Shown here in pieces: positions 1 through 9,438 of a stretch of 64,000 nucleotides of DNA. The notes beneath the pieces are model-generated. The model was not told where the DNA came from and ran no database searches. It saw nothing but the letters and a program-made list of their open reading frames with translations. Positions within the stretch are counted from its first letter, which is position 1; each line of letters starts with the position of its first letter. The position numbers were made by a program, and so were the translations under genes. The DNA comes from Planctomycetota bacterium (GTDB lineage Bacteria; Planctomycetota; JAJSAM01; JAJVHW01): the NCBI GenBank assembly GCA_965248445.1, contig CBDFJG010000002.1, positions 224,001 through 288,000 of the forward strand. The letters run 5' to 3'.

Positions 1-3000
1 CCGCGTAGGTGGGCCTCGCCGATCTCTTCCGCGAGCGTGAGCGCGCGATCGAGCCGCTCCATCGCGGTCGGACCGCGGCCGAGCGTGGTCTCCACCTCCG
101 CGAGGCTCAGCAGCGCCTGCCCGACGGAACCGTGCTCCTCGACGGCGATCGCACCTTCGAGCTGTTGCCGCACGTGCTGCTGCGCGTCCGCGAGCCGCCC
201 TTCCTGGATGGCGAGCACCCCGAGCCCGCCGCGCGCCCACACCGTGAGCAGCGGATCGCCGAGCGCCGCCGCCCGGTCCGCACAGCGTTTGGTCAACTCG
301 GTCGCCTCGGCGGTCTTGCCCCGCTGCGCGCAGACGAGACCTTGGCGCCACTCCGCCATCGCCAGCGAGCGTTCGTCTCCGGATCTCTCTCCGGCCGCGA
401 GCGATCCGTCGAGCAGCGTCTCCGCCGTCTCGAGATCACCGGCCCGCGCATACGACATCGCGAGGTGACCGAGTGCCTGCGACGCCGTGCTGTCGAACCC
501 GTGCTCCGTCGCGGTCTTGACGCTCTCCTGCAGCAGATCGCGTGCTTCGTCGATGCGCCCGGCCCGCACGAGCGCGATACCGAGACCCTGGGCGATCGTG
601 CACTGGTGCAAGAGATCGTCGGTGCGCGCAGCGTGGACCCTCGCCGTCTCGTACGCCTGCACGGCGCGCTCCTGGTCCGCAACCAGCGACGCTTGCCGCG
701 CCACGCCGATCCAGGCGCGCGCAAGAAGCACGTCATCGCCGACCGCGGTCGCGGCCTCGACGGCGCCTTCCGCCGCCAGCTGTTCGTCATCGCGCCGCCC
801 CAGCATGTGGAGACTCAGCACACGTTGCAGGAGCAGTTGCACCTCGGTGCGCGGATCGAGCTGTTCGACGCGGCCGATCGCGTCCTCGACCATCCCGACG
901 GCGTCGGCATTTCGTTGTTCACTGGACAGCCGCTCGAGTGCCGCGGGCAAGTACGGGAGCGCGCGCTCGGGCGCCGTACCGCGCAGGAAGTGCCGCGCGA
1001 GACTGACGGCGGTCTCGCCCCTGACGTCGGCCACTTCGTTGCGCTCCTCGATGTGCTCCGCGATACGCGTGTGCAGATCGGCACGCAGCGCCGGCGGAAT
1101 CGCTGCGGCGAGAACGTCGCATACGGCGCGGTCGTCGAAGCGATGGCGGCGCCCCGAGGACCGCACGAGGCCGAGGCGACGCTCCGCCTCGGCCAGCACC
1201 TGCAGCACGGCGATGCGCGGCTGGCCGAGCGCCGCTGACACGAGCGACGCGTCGAACTCGATGCCGATGATCGCCCCCGCCTCCAGCGTTCGTCGCTCGG
1301 CCGCCGACAGCGTGTCGAGCCGCGCCTGCAGGCGGTCGCGCGCGCTGCCCGGCAGTTCGAGTTCGCCGAGGGGGCGCTTCTCCGCGTAGCTGCCGTCGCT
1401 GCGGACAGCCAGGTCCCCGCGGCTGACCAGCGCCTCCAGAGTCTCGAGCACGAGTAGGGGCACCCCGCCCGTGAACTCCGCGACGCGCGCGTGGATCCGC
1501 ATCGCGACATCGTCGCTACTGAGCTCGTTGCGGAGCATCTCGTGCACTTGGTCGGTGGTCAAACGGGCGAGTGGCAGGTGCCGCACTCCGGGAAGGCGCG
1601 CCTCGGACGACTTGGGTGCCGCCTCCGCTGCGTCCGAGGTCGCGACGACCATCACTCTGCGGCCCTCGGCACCGACCAGGAGCGCGCGCACCACGCGTTG
1701 TGCGGACGGCGGTGCGTGATGGACATCCTCCAACACGAGGAGTACCGGCTTCCCACCGCACAGCGCATCCAGGAACGCGCCGAACGCGGGGCCGAGCGCC
1801 TCGGGACGCAGCGCGGTTCCGCCGGTGACGACCTCTTCGAGCAGAGCGGCGGCGGCCGTCTCCCCGAGCAGGCTTCGGATCGCGCCGCGCACCTGATCGG
1901 TGGAGCCACCGAGGCTGCGCAGCGCGCTTCGCAGCCCGGCCAATCCGGTTCCGCTCGCGAACGCGCCGTACAGGACGATCGCGTCGTCGGTCACGACCTC
2001 GCGAATGCAGTGATCGGCGAGGCGAGACTTGCCGAGACCCGGCTCCGCCTCGATCAGCACGCCGGCGCCGCGGCCCTCGAGAGTCTCCTGCCAGGACGCC
2101 GCCAGACTCTCGACTTCGCGCTCGCGGCCCACGAGCTCCGCCCGGTTGGACAGCGGCACGCGGGGCCGCGCGCGAAGGCGCTTCGCGGTGGCGCGGCGGC
2201 GCTCGCGCCACCAGTCCGATCGCTCACCTTGCCGCAGGATGCCGTGCAACTCGTCGGCCGATGCGAACCGGTCGTCGGGCTTCTTTTCGAGCAGCGTCTC
2301 GATCACAGCGGTGAGAAACGGCGAGACGTCCTTGGCGTGGTCCTGCACCCGCGGAACGTGCCCTTCGACGTGGGCGCGCACGATCGCCGCCGGTCCGCCG
2401 CCCTCGTACGGATGGTTGCCGCTGAGGAGTTCGAACAGCACGAGGCCGAGCGCGTACAGGTCGGCAGCCGGTCCGACGGGTGTCAACTCGAGCTGCTCCG
2501 GCGACGCGTAGAGCAGCGAGCCGATGAACGGCCCCTCGTGCGTCAGACCCTGTGTCGCCTCCTCCAGCCGCGCCACTCCCAGATCCATGATCCGCACGAC
2601 GTGCTCCGCCGTGACGACCACGTTCTCGGGCTTGAGCTCCCGGTGCACAACGCCGGCGGCGTGGATCGCTCCGAGACCTGCGCAGGTCTGCGTCGCGATC
2701 TCGCGCACCAGCGCCTCGGGGATCTGACCCAGGCCGCCGATCATCTCGCGCAGTGTCCGGCCGACCACGCGCTCCATGACCAGGTAGTGCAGCGCACGGC
2801 CTTCCGCATCGAGAACGGCGCCCTCGTCGAACACGCGCACCACGTTCGGGTGCAGGACGTTGCGCCCGACGCGCACCTCGCGCTGGAAGCGATCCAGCAG
2901 ACCCGGCACATCCACCGCGTGCGTATGCACGACTTTCAGCGCGACGTCGCGCCCGGTGCGCTCGTCGCGTCCGGCGACGACGATTCCCATCCCGCCACGT

Positions 3001-3253
3001 CCCAGCTCCTCGCCGATGTCGTAGTGGCCGATGCGGTCCGGGAGCTCGTGGTCGGGCACGACGGCGTCCGCCGGCCGGTTGGGCAGCAGGTCCGCGGTCG
3101 CGACGCCGCGGCCTCCGAGCACGGCCTCGACCTCGCGCCGCAGGCGGCGTCCCCGTCGCACGCGCGCGACACGAACGCGTCGAGCTCATCGCCGGACAGC
3201 TCGCCGGCGCCGAGCGCGATCTCGCGCAGCCGCTTGTAGCGCGCCGCCTCCAC
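1..3253 (-). CDS. Ser/Thr kinase + AAA/STAND-like ATPase + TPR protein. 3'-partial (runs off window start), with a 1-nt frameshift near 3143 and an HRE catalytic loop.
   Basis: GTG at 3253 gives MEAARYKRLREIALGAGEL...CDGDAA. A frame change at ~3143 continues LRREVEAVL...IGHYDIGEELGRGGMGIV, VALKV, HRELKPEN, IMDLGVAR, YASPEQ, DLYALG, Walker A EAEPGLGKS and helical repeats, with no stop seen to base 1. Confidence 0.88.
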
Positions 3254-3261
3254 GGCGGCCC

Positions 3262-3840
3262 CTACGCGTCCTCGCGCAGGCGCTCGGCGAGGAAGCGCTT
3301 GGCAAGCGTCCAGTCGAGTTCGACGGAGCGAAGCGAGATACCGAGCGCCGCCGCGGCCTCGCGGCTCGTCATGCCGCCGAAGAACCGCATCTCGGCGACC
3401 TTCGCCTGGCGCTCGTCGATCGCAGCGAGGGCTTCGAGCGCGTCGTGGACGGCCAACGCGTCGAGCTCGTCCGCGGTCACGTCGTGCCCGAGGCCCGACA
3501 GCGTGACGCGCTCGCGCGCCTGGCCGCCCCCCCGCTTCTCCGCACCGCGGTCCCGCGCGTGATTGACCAGGATCTGGCGCATTGCCTGCGCAGCCACCGC
3601 CAGGAAGTGGGCGCGATCTGCGTACTCCTTGCCGGCGCCAGGCCGGGCCATCTTGATGAACGCCTCCCCGACGAGCGCCGTCGGCTGCAGTGTGTGGCTC
3701 TTGCGCTGCGACGAGAAGACCCGCCGCGCCATGCCGAGCAGCTCGGGGTAGAGCTCCTCGAACAGCTCGTTCGAAGCGTCCAGGTCACCGGACGCAATCC
3801 GCTCGAGCAGGGCGTTCACCTGAGCCTCGGAGTTCCCCAT
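3262..3840 (-). CDS. ECF sigma factor, TIGR02999-like (kinase-associated, planctomycete type)
   Basis: Motifs LFEELYPEL, HTLQPTALVGEA, AMRQILVNHAR, AEKRGGG, VAEMRFFGGMT, VELDW. Ends 8 nt upstream of the kinase start. Confidence 0.93.
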   Translation of the reverse strand: MGNSEAQVNALLERIASGDLDASNELFEELYPELLGMARRVFSSQRKSHTLQPTALVGEAFIKMARPGAGKEYADRAHFLAVAAQAMRQILVNHARDRGAEKRGGGQARERVTLSGLGHDVTADELDALAVHDALEALAAIDERQAKVAEMRFFGGMTSREAAAALGISLRSVELDWTLAKRFLAERLREDA

Positions 3841-3952
3841 CCGGTCAGTCTACGGCCCGACCCGGCGGGGGCGTTGCGGGGTCTGCCGCCGTTTCGTGTT
3901 CCTTCTCCTGACGGGCCGTTCACGCGGAGGGGCCCTTCCGCTCGGAGACCGC

Positions 3953-5032
3953 ATGCCCGGCACCGCCACCCGATCCAGCCTCGACGTGAGCGCCGCCGAG
4001 GCCTTCGCCGCCCGGATGCTCGAGACCATCAATCACGCCGCTCTGGCCCTCATGACCTCGCTGGGCCACCGGACCGGCCTGTTCGACGCCATGGCGGCGC
4101 TGCCCCCGTCCACGAGTGCGGAGATCGCCTCGGAGTCCGGTCTCGACGAGCGTTACGTCCGCGAGTGGCTGGGCGCCATGGTGACCGGCCGGTTCGTCGA
4201 ACACGACGCGGCTGCGGGCACGTACGACCTTCCGGCCGAACACGCCGTCTGCCTGACCCGCGCAGCGTCGCCGGACAACCTGGCCTGCACGGCGCAGTGG
4301 ATCGCCGTGCTCGGTGGTGTGGAGGACGACGTTGTGGACTGCTTCCGCGAAGGCGGCGGCGTCCCCTACGAGCGCTTCCGTCGCTTCCACGACGTGATGG
4401 CGGAAGAGAGCGCGCAAACGGTCGTCTCCTCGCTCACTGGCGCCATCCTGCCGCTCGTCCCCGGACTCGTGAACCGGCTGCGGGACGGGATCGACGTCCT
4501 CGACGTCGGCTGCGGCAGCGGCCGCGCCCTCAATCACCTGGCGCGCACGTTCCCGCGCAGCAGGTTCGTGGGCTACGACATCTCCGACGATGCGCTGGGA
4601 CGTGCGCGCTCGGAAGCCCGCACGCGCGGCGCAAGCAACGTGCAGTTCCGGCACGTGGACGCTGCCGCGATCGAGGACGTCGGCGCGTTCGACCTGATCA
4701 CGGCGTTCGATGCGATCCACGATCAGGCCCGCCCCGCCGCGGCGCTGAAGTGCGTGCGCCGGGCACTGCGCCCGGACGGCGTCTTCCTGATGCAGGACAT
4801 CGATGCCGCGAGCGACGTCGCCGGCAACGTCGATCATCCTCTCGGACCGTTCCTGTACGCGATCTCGACGATGCACTGTATGTCGGTGTCTCTCGCACAG
4901 GGCGGCGCGGGACTGGGCACGTGCTGGGGCAACAACCTCGCGTGCCGGATGCTCACGGAGGCGGGCTTCACCGACGTCGACGTCCGACGACTCGAACACG
5001 ACATACAGAACGCGTACTACGTCGCCAGATGA
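3953..5032 (+). CDS. Class I SAM-dependent methyltransferase with N-terminal winged helix (Rv2258c-like)
   Basis: GGAGA RBS before ATG 3953; motifs LGHRTGLF, GLDERYVREWL, VLDVGCGSG, AFDAIHDQ, YAISTMHCM. Confidence 0.92.
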   Translation: MPGTATRSSLDVSAAEAFAARMLETINHAALALMTSLGHRTGLFDAMAALPPSTSAEIASESGLDERYVREWLGAMVTGRFVEHDAAAGTYDLPAEHAVCLTRAASPDNLACTAQWIAVLGGVEDDVVDCFREGGGVPYERFRRFHDVMAEESAQTVVSSLTGAILPLVPGLVNRLRDGIDVLDVGCGSGRALNHLARTFPRSRFVGYDISDDALGRARSEARTRGASNVQFRHVDAAAIEDVGAFDLITAFDAIHDQARPAAALKCVRRALRPDGVFLMQDIDAASDVAGNVDHPLGPFLYAISTMHCMSVSLAQGGAGLGTCWGNNLACRMLTEAGFTDVDVRRLEHDIQNAYYVAR

Positions 5033-5057
5033 CGCAGGCGACAAGGGGAGGTGTGCG

Positions 5058-5132
5058 ATGCGTCTGAGAGTGCCTTTGACACTGATCGCAAGTGCGGTGC
5101 TGGCAATCGTGATCGCCATCGCGAACGCCTGA
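5058..5132 (+). CDS. Putative 24-aa single-helix membrane peptide MRLRVPLTLIASAVLAIVIAIANA
   Basis: Strong SD AAGGGGAGGTG just upstream of ATG 5058; basic N-terminus followed by an uninterrupted hydrophobic stretch. Confidence 0.45.
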   Translation: MRLRVPLTLIASAVLAIVIAIANA

Positions 5133-5146
5133 CCGCGAGACTGCAA

Positions 5147-5962
5147 TCAGACGGTCGGGAGCGAGAGCTTGATGCTCGTGCCCTCGGGCGACGTGCGCAC
5201 CCGGATGTCGCCGCCCAGTGAACGCACGGCCTGGCGCACGATGAACAGCCCCAGCCCGTTGCCGCCGGACGCCGCGTGCCCCGTGGCGAACGGACGGAAC
5301 AGTCGTTGGCGCATCTCCTCGGGGATGCCTGCGCCGTCGTCCTTGACCTCGAGCATGCACCAGCCCGGCATCGGCGCCGACGCGACGAGCGTGACCCGCC
5401 CGCTCCCCGCCGGACACGCCCGGATGGCGTTGGCCCCCAGGTTGACGAGGGCCTGGATCAGAAGTCGTGCCTCACCCGCCACGCGGGCGTCGCCCTCCTG
5501 AACCGTCTCGATCGACACGCGTGCCGGCTTGGCGAGGGGCGTCAGCAGGCGGTCCGCCTGCGAGAGCACGTCGGAGATGAGGAAGCGCTGCTTCTGCGTC
5601 GCGTCGCGTCGCTTGACGAAGTCGAGGAACGCCCGTGTCGTCTCCGCGAGCTCGACGCACTGCGACTGGATCTTCTCGAGAGCGGCCTTCATCTCCGACG
5701 GCCGGCCGCACGTGGCGGCGAGGTACGCGCCGCCCGAGATCAACTGCAGGTGATTGCTGACGTCGTGCGCGAGCCCCGCCGTGATCAGCCCGGCCTGGGC
5801 GACGCGCTGCTGGTGCGCCAGCATCTCGAGGAGCATCTCGCGCTCGTCGCGAGAAACGGCGTCCCCGGCGGGGGCTGCGCACGCAGCCCCCTTTGAAGGA
5901 ACCCGGACAGCCCGCTCGGGACCGGTCCCTGGGGAGCTGTCCGCGGAGCGCGTCGTGCTCAC
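5147..5962 (-). CDS. Sensorless cytoplasmic histidine kinase (HisKA + HATPase_c)
   Basis: H-box GLAHDVSNHL, N-box LVNLGANA, G1 VKDDGAGI, F-box LFRPF, G2 GNGLGL. Start inferred from the GTGA overlap with the upstream stop; it could instead be the ATG near 5836. Confidence 0.85.
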   Translation of the reverse strand: MSTTRSADSSPGTGPERAVRVPSKGAACAAPAGDAVSRDEREMLLEMLAHQQRVAQAGLITAGLAHDVSNHLQLISGGAYLAATCGRPSEMKAALEKIQSQCVELAETTRAFLDFVKRRDATQKQRFLISDVLSQADRLLTPLAKPARVSIETVQEGDARVAGEARLLIQALVNLGANAIRACPAGSGRVTLVASAPMPGWCMLEVKDDGAGIPEEMRQRLFRPFATGHAASGGNGLGLFIVRQAVRSLGGDIRVRTSPEGTSIKLSLPTV

Positions 5963-6339
5963 GCGACGACGGGCTCCGCTTCTTCCCGTGGCGGGATTGT
6001 GCAAATGAGCACGTCTTCCCCGATCGCGATGGCGATCGAAGCCGCTCCCAGTGTCGTGGCGCCGCTGACGGCGAACTGACCCAGCTCGTCCGTCGGCACC
6101 GTGTCCGGCGCGCCGTGCAAGCTCACGCTCGCACACGTCGGCGCGTCGTGGCCGTCGCGGGCGACCTGTCCGTGCACGTAGCGCACGCACTCGGCACCGT
6201 CGTGAACGACGAGGTCCACGGTGTACTCGCCCGACTGGAACACGAGAGACCGCTCCGCGCCGATGCCTCCCCGGCTGCCGGCGTGCGCTTGCGCGCGCGC
6301 AGAGTCGAACAGCAACTGACACTTGTGTGTCCGCATCAT
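5959..6339 (-). CDS. Hypothetical 126-aa protein, paralog of the C-terminal beta domain of 6336..6878
   Basis: ATGA/GTGA coupling on both sides; motifs LLFDS..AGSRGG, LVFQSGEYTVDL, HGQV, TDELGQF. Confidence 0.8.
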   Translation of the reverse strand: MMRTHKCQLLFDSARAQAHAGSRGGIGAERSLVFQSGEYTVDLVVHDGAECVRYVHGQVARDGHDAPTCASVSLHGAPDTVPTDELGQFAVSGATTLGAASIAIAIGEDVLICTIPPREEAEPVVA

Positions 6340-6878
6340 GCTCCCCCTTCCCAGACGAGCACGCAGGGCGCGTCGTCGTCGTCGCCGAGTCGGAGTCCGT
6401 AGGCCCCCACGGGGTCGGACGACAGGTCGAACTCACCGAACTCATCCGTACTGGTGGTCGAGACCACCTCGCCCGGCTCGGCCCGCACCAGCGACAGCGG
6501 CAGCTCCGCCACCGGGTGGTGGATGCTGTCGCCGCGCGTGACCTGCCCCAGGAACTCCAGGCACTCCGGGGCCGCGAATTCGCGCACCAGGACGTCGACT
6601 TCATAGGGGCCGGCGCCGCAAACGAGCTTCGTGTCGGCGAGCATTCCGGCTCGCGAACCGCCCGATGCGTGCACCCGCTGAGGACGGATCCAGTTCGGAA
6701 GATCCGGTGCAACCGGCGCCCTCGCCCTCTGCTGGGCCGCGTGCACGATCTCACCGCACACCTTGCAGCCCGCGTTCAGGTGGTGGCGCGCCCACTCGAA
6801 GTGGTCCGCGCCCTGGTCGGTCGCCGTCGCGAAGCGGTGCAGCTCCGCCGCGGGTAGATGGATGGCGGTCGCGATCAT
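6336..6878 (-). CDS. Putative soluble anti-sigma-like protein: zf-HC2-like N-terminus + carboxypeptidase-regulatory-like beta domain
   Basis: HL..(x20)..HHLNAGCKVC zinc motif; LVCGAGPYEVDV, LGQV, TDEFGEF; no TM helix seen; ATGA overlaps. Confidence 0.75.
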   Translation of the reverse strand: MIATAIHLPAAELHRFATATDQGADHFEWARHHLNAGCKVCGEIVHAAQQRARAPVAPDLPNWIRPQRVHASGGSRAGMLADTKLVCGAGPYEVDVLVREFAAPECLEFLGQVTRGDSIHHPVAELPLSLVRAEPGEVVSTTSTDEFGEFDLSSDPVGAYGLRLGDDDDAPCVLVWEGGA

Positions 6879-8029
6879 CGGCCCACCATCCCGCGCAAGT
6901 CGAGGCGCCCTGTGTACCGGCTTCTACGGCCGTTGTGAGGCTTGACCGTCTCTGACGTGGCGCGCATCAGATCCTTCACCTCGCTCGGACGGATCCCGGG
7001 GTAAGCCTGGAGGGTCAGCGCGGCAGCGCCGCTGGCGATTCCCGTCGCGAACGACGTCCCGCTCCAGTACCCCCAGCTCTGTCCCACGGGGCCGAACAGA
7101 TCCACTCCCGGCGCAAGGACGTAATTCGAGTACGCGGAGTCGTCGTAGTTGGAGAACGGCGCGACGTTGTCGTCGTCGTCAGTCGCGCCAACACCCACTG
7201 TGCACAGCCACATCAGCGCATCGGCAGGGACCTCTTCGAGGCCCTGGTTGCCGGCCGAAGTGACCGTCATCACGCCCGCGTACTCGGCGTTCTTGAGTGC
7301 GAAGTACAGCTCCATGCTCGGAGCAGGCGCGCCCTCCACGGAGAGGTTGATGATGTCGGCGCCCATCTTGACGGCGTAGTTGATGCCGTCCGCGAGCTGC
7401 ACGTCGGTGCCACAGCCCTCGTCGTCGCGCACGCGGATAGGCATGATCGTCGCGTCAGGAGCCGCCAGGAGCACCATCGCCGCGGTGAATGTGCCGTGGC
7501 TCACGCCCCCATCGACGATCCCGTCGCGGTCGTCATCGAACCCGTTGCCGTGGTCGTTCGGGTCGGCGTCGCCGTCGACCATGTCGTACCCGGACATCGT
7601 GCGCCCGGCAATGGCCGGGTGCTGGTCGTCGAACCCGGCATCGAGCACTGCGACGACGACTCCGCGGCCGGTGGCGACCTCGTGCGCATGCTCCGCGTCG
7701 AGCACATCGAGGACCTCCGCGTTGACGTCGGAGAGCAGCGATGCGTCACCCTTGTAGAGCCTTGTCGTGCCGGCCGTGGGCTCGACGGACTGAGCGAGCA
7801 GCAGCTCATCGCTGCTGAGCACCGGCGTGTTGGTCGGATCGATCCCGCCGGTCATGTAATCACTCGACGTCGTCGTCTGGGTCGTGTCCGTCGTGTCCGT
7901 CGACGGCGTCGACTTCCGAGCAGACTTCTTCCCGCCCTTCCCGGCGAGCGCGGGCTCGCTGCCTACGCTGAGGGCCACAAAGAGCGCCAACGCCCCCAGG
8001 ACCCAGGTCTTCTTATTGAAGGACCGCAT
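6875..8029 (-). CDS. Secreted S8 (subtilisin-like) serine peptidase
   Basis: Signal peptide MRSFNKKTWVLGALALFVALSV..ALA; catalytic motifs VAVLDAG, SHGT, SAGN, SGTSFAT; GGAGAG RBS. Confidence 0.93.
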   Translation of the reverse strand: MRSFNKKTWVLGALALFVALSVGSEPALAGKGGKKSARKSTPSTDTTDTTQTTTSSDYMTGGIDPTNTPVLSSDELLLAQSVEPTAGTTRLYKGDASLLSDVNAEVLDVLDAEHAHEVATGRGVVVAVLDAGFDDQHPAIAGRTMSGYDMVDGDADPNDHGNGFDDDRDGIVDGGVSHGTFTAAMVLLAAPDATIMPIRVRDDEGCGTDVQLADGINYAVKMGADIINLSVEGAPAPSMELYFALKNAEYAGVMTVTSAGNQGLEEVPADALMWLCTVGVGATDDDDNVAPFSNYDDSAYSNYVLAPGVDLFGPVGQSWGYWSGTSFATGIASGAAALTLQAYPGIRPSEVKDLMRATSETVKPHNGRRSRYTGRLDLRGMVGR

Positions 8030-9438
8030 GTCTCTCTCCTGTTGCAGCACGCGCGGAGTGCGCGTTTTCGTTGAAAGCCTGTTCCCCGGCAGATGCGGGA
8101 GCGTTCACACGCTCCGCGTGTCCACCCGCGACCGGACGACCCGTAAGGAAGAAGGGGGCCCAGTAGTAGGGATGCGGGTGTTCGCGGCGGATGTCCGCCA
8201 TCGCCGCACGGAGAGCCGCAGCTGCGTCTCCCTGCGCGCGAAGGTGGCGGTAGAAGCTCGCCATGAGCTCGGTCGTGACGGCGTCGTGCACGCGCCACTG
8301 GCTGGTGAGCAGAGCGGGCGCGCCGGCGTAGAGGAACCCGCGGGTCAGCCCGAGGATCTCGTCGCCCCGCGTGACGTCCGCTGTGCCGCTCTCGCATGTC
8401 GACAGCACGACCAGTTCGCCGCGCACGTCGAGGTCGTACAGGTCATAGAGGTTGACCCACTTGTCCGCGAGGCGAATGGACGACAACATTGGCTGGTCCG
8501 GCCGGAACATGCCGTGCGTGGCGATGTGGACGAAGCGCGCCTCCTGCACCTCCGTGCGCAGCCGCTCGAACGTGGCGTGCTCGCGCAGGTAGACGTGGTC
8601 GCTCTCGAGGACCGCGGCGACGCGGTGCGCCTCATCCTCGATCTGGGGCGCCAGTTCGTCCGGAAGCCCGAACACGCACGCTCCGCCGTCCGCCGACGGG
8701 CGCGTCTCGCCGCAATGCGCGTAGACCGCGGCGCTCGGGGCGTAGATGACCTCGAACTCGTCGGCAACCCAGCCGTCGCCCCACGGCAGCGCGTGGACCG
8801 GCAGGTGGTGGAGGACGCCGTGCGGGATGATGACGAGCCGCTTGGCCGTCAGGTGCTCGGCGATCGGAGCCAGCACGATGTCGGCAAGTTTCGTGAGATT
8901 CTTGCGCGTGGCGTGAAGCACTGCGTCCTCGCTCACCGGCTCGGTGCGCTGGAACTTCGACAGATGGAAGTGGAAGCGCAGCAGGAGGTGGTGCAGCTCG
9001 TGCTCGGTCGCCGGACGCGAGACGACGCGTACCTCGTCTTGCGTCACGAAGAACGTGAACAGACGGTCACTGGCGAGGAAGAACTCGATCAGCGCGACGC
9101 CCGGCTCGAGATCACGCTGCACCTCCGCGAGCGTCGGCGCTTCGACGGTCTGCAGCGACCGCGTCTGACGATCGAGCAGCCGGTCGTCCCGTAGCAGGTG
9201 CGCGATGCGGTCCTCGATGCCGGCGGCCTGCTGGCGGATCGCGCGGACGGATCGCGCACTGCGCTCCTCCGGCCGGTCGCCCGCGTCGAAGAGTCTCTGA
9301 TAGAGCGCCGTCAGTCGCTCGCGCAGGTGCGTCACTCGCGGGGACACGCGGCGATCCGGGGCTGCGCCTTCGTTCGACGAGCGCCGGTCGGCGAGCAAGT
9401 CGACGAGCGCGCGGGACTTGGCCCGCTCCGCCGTCTCG
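8013..9438 (-). pseudogene. CHAT-domain (caspase-like) protease, 5'-truncated by IS66
   Basis: Frame starts at the IS junction with ETAERAKSRALVDLL; motifs LVIIPHGVLHHLP, HIATHG, LVVLSTCESG, FLYAGA, WRVHD, HPYYWAPF. The usual N-terminal TPR region is absent. Confidence 0.88.

Noticed and set aside
9..3239. Long plus-strand ORFs 9..1238 and 1491..3239
   Set aside because: They are in-register antisense shadows of the minus-strand kinase gene, as expected at high GC, and carry no motifs.
5963..6754. 535-aa version of the histidine kinase (5147..6754)
   Set aside because: The extension is Arg-rich nonsense overlapping two better-supported, coupled genes in other frames.
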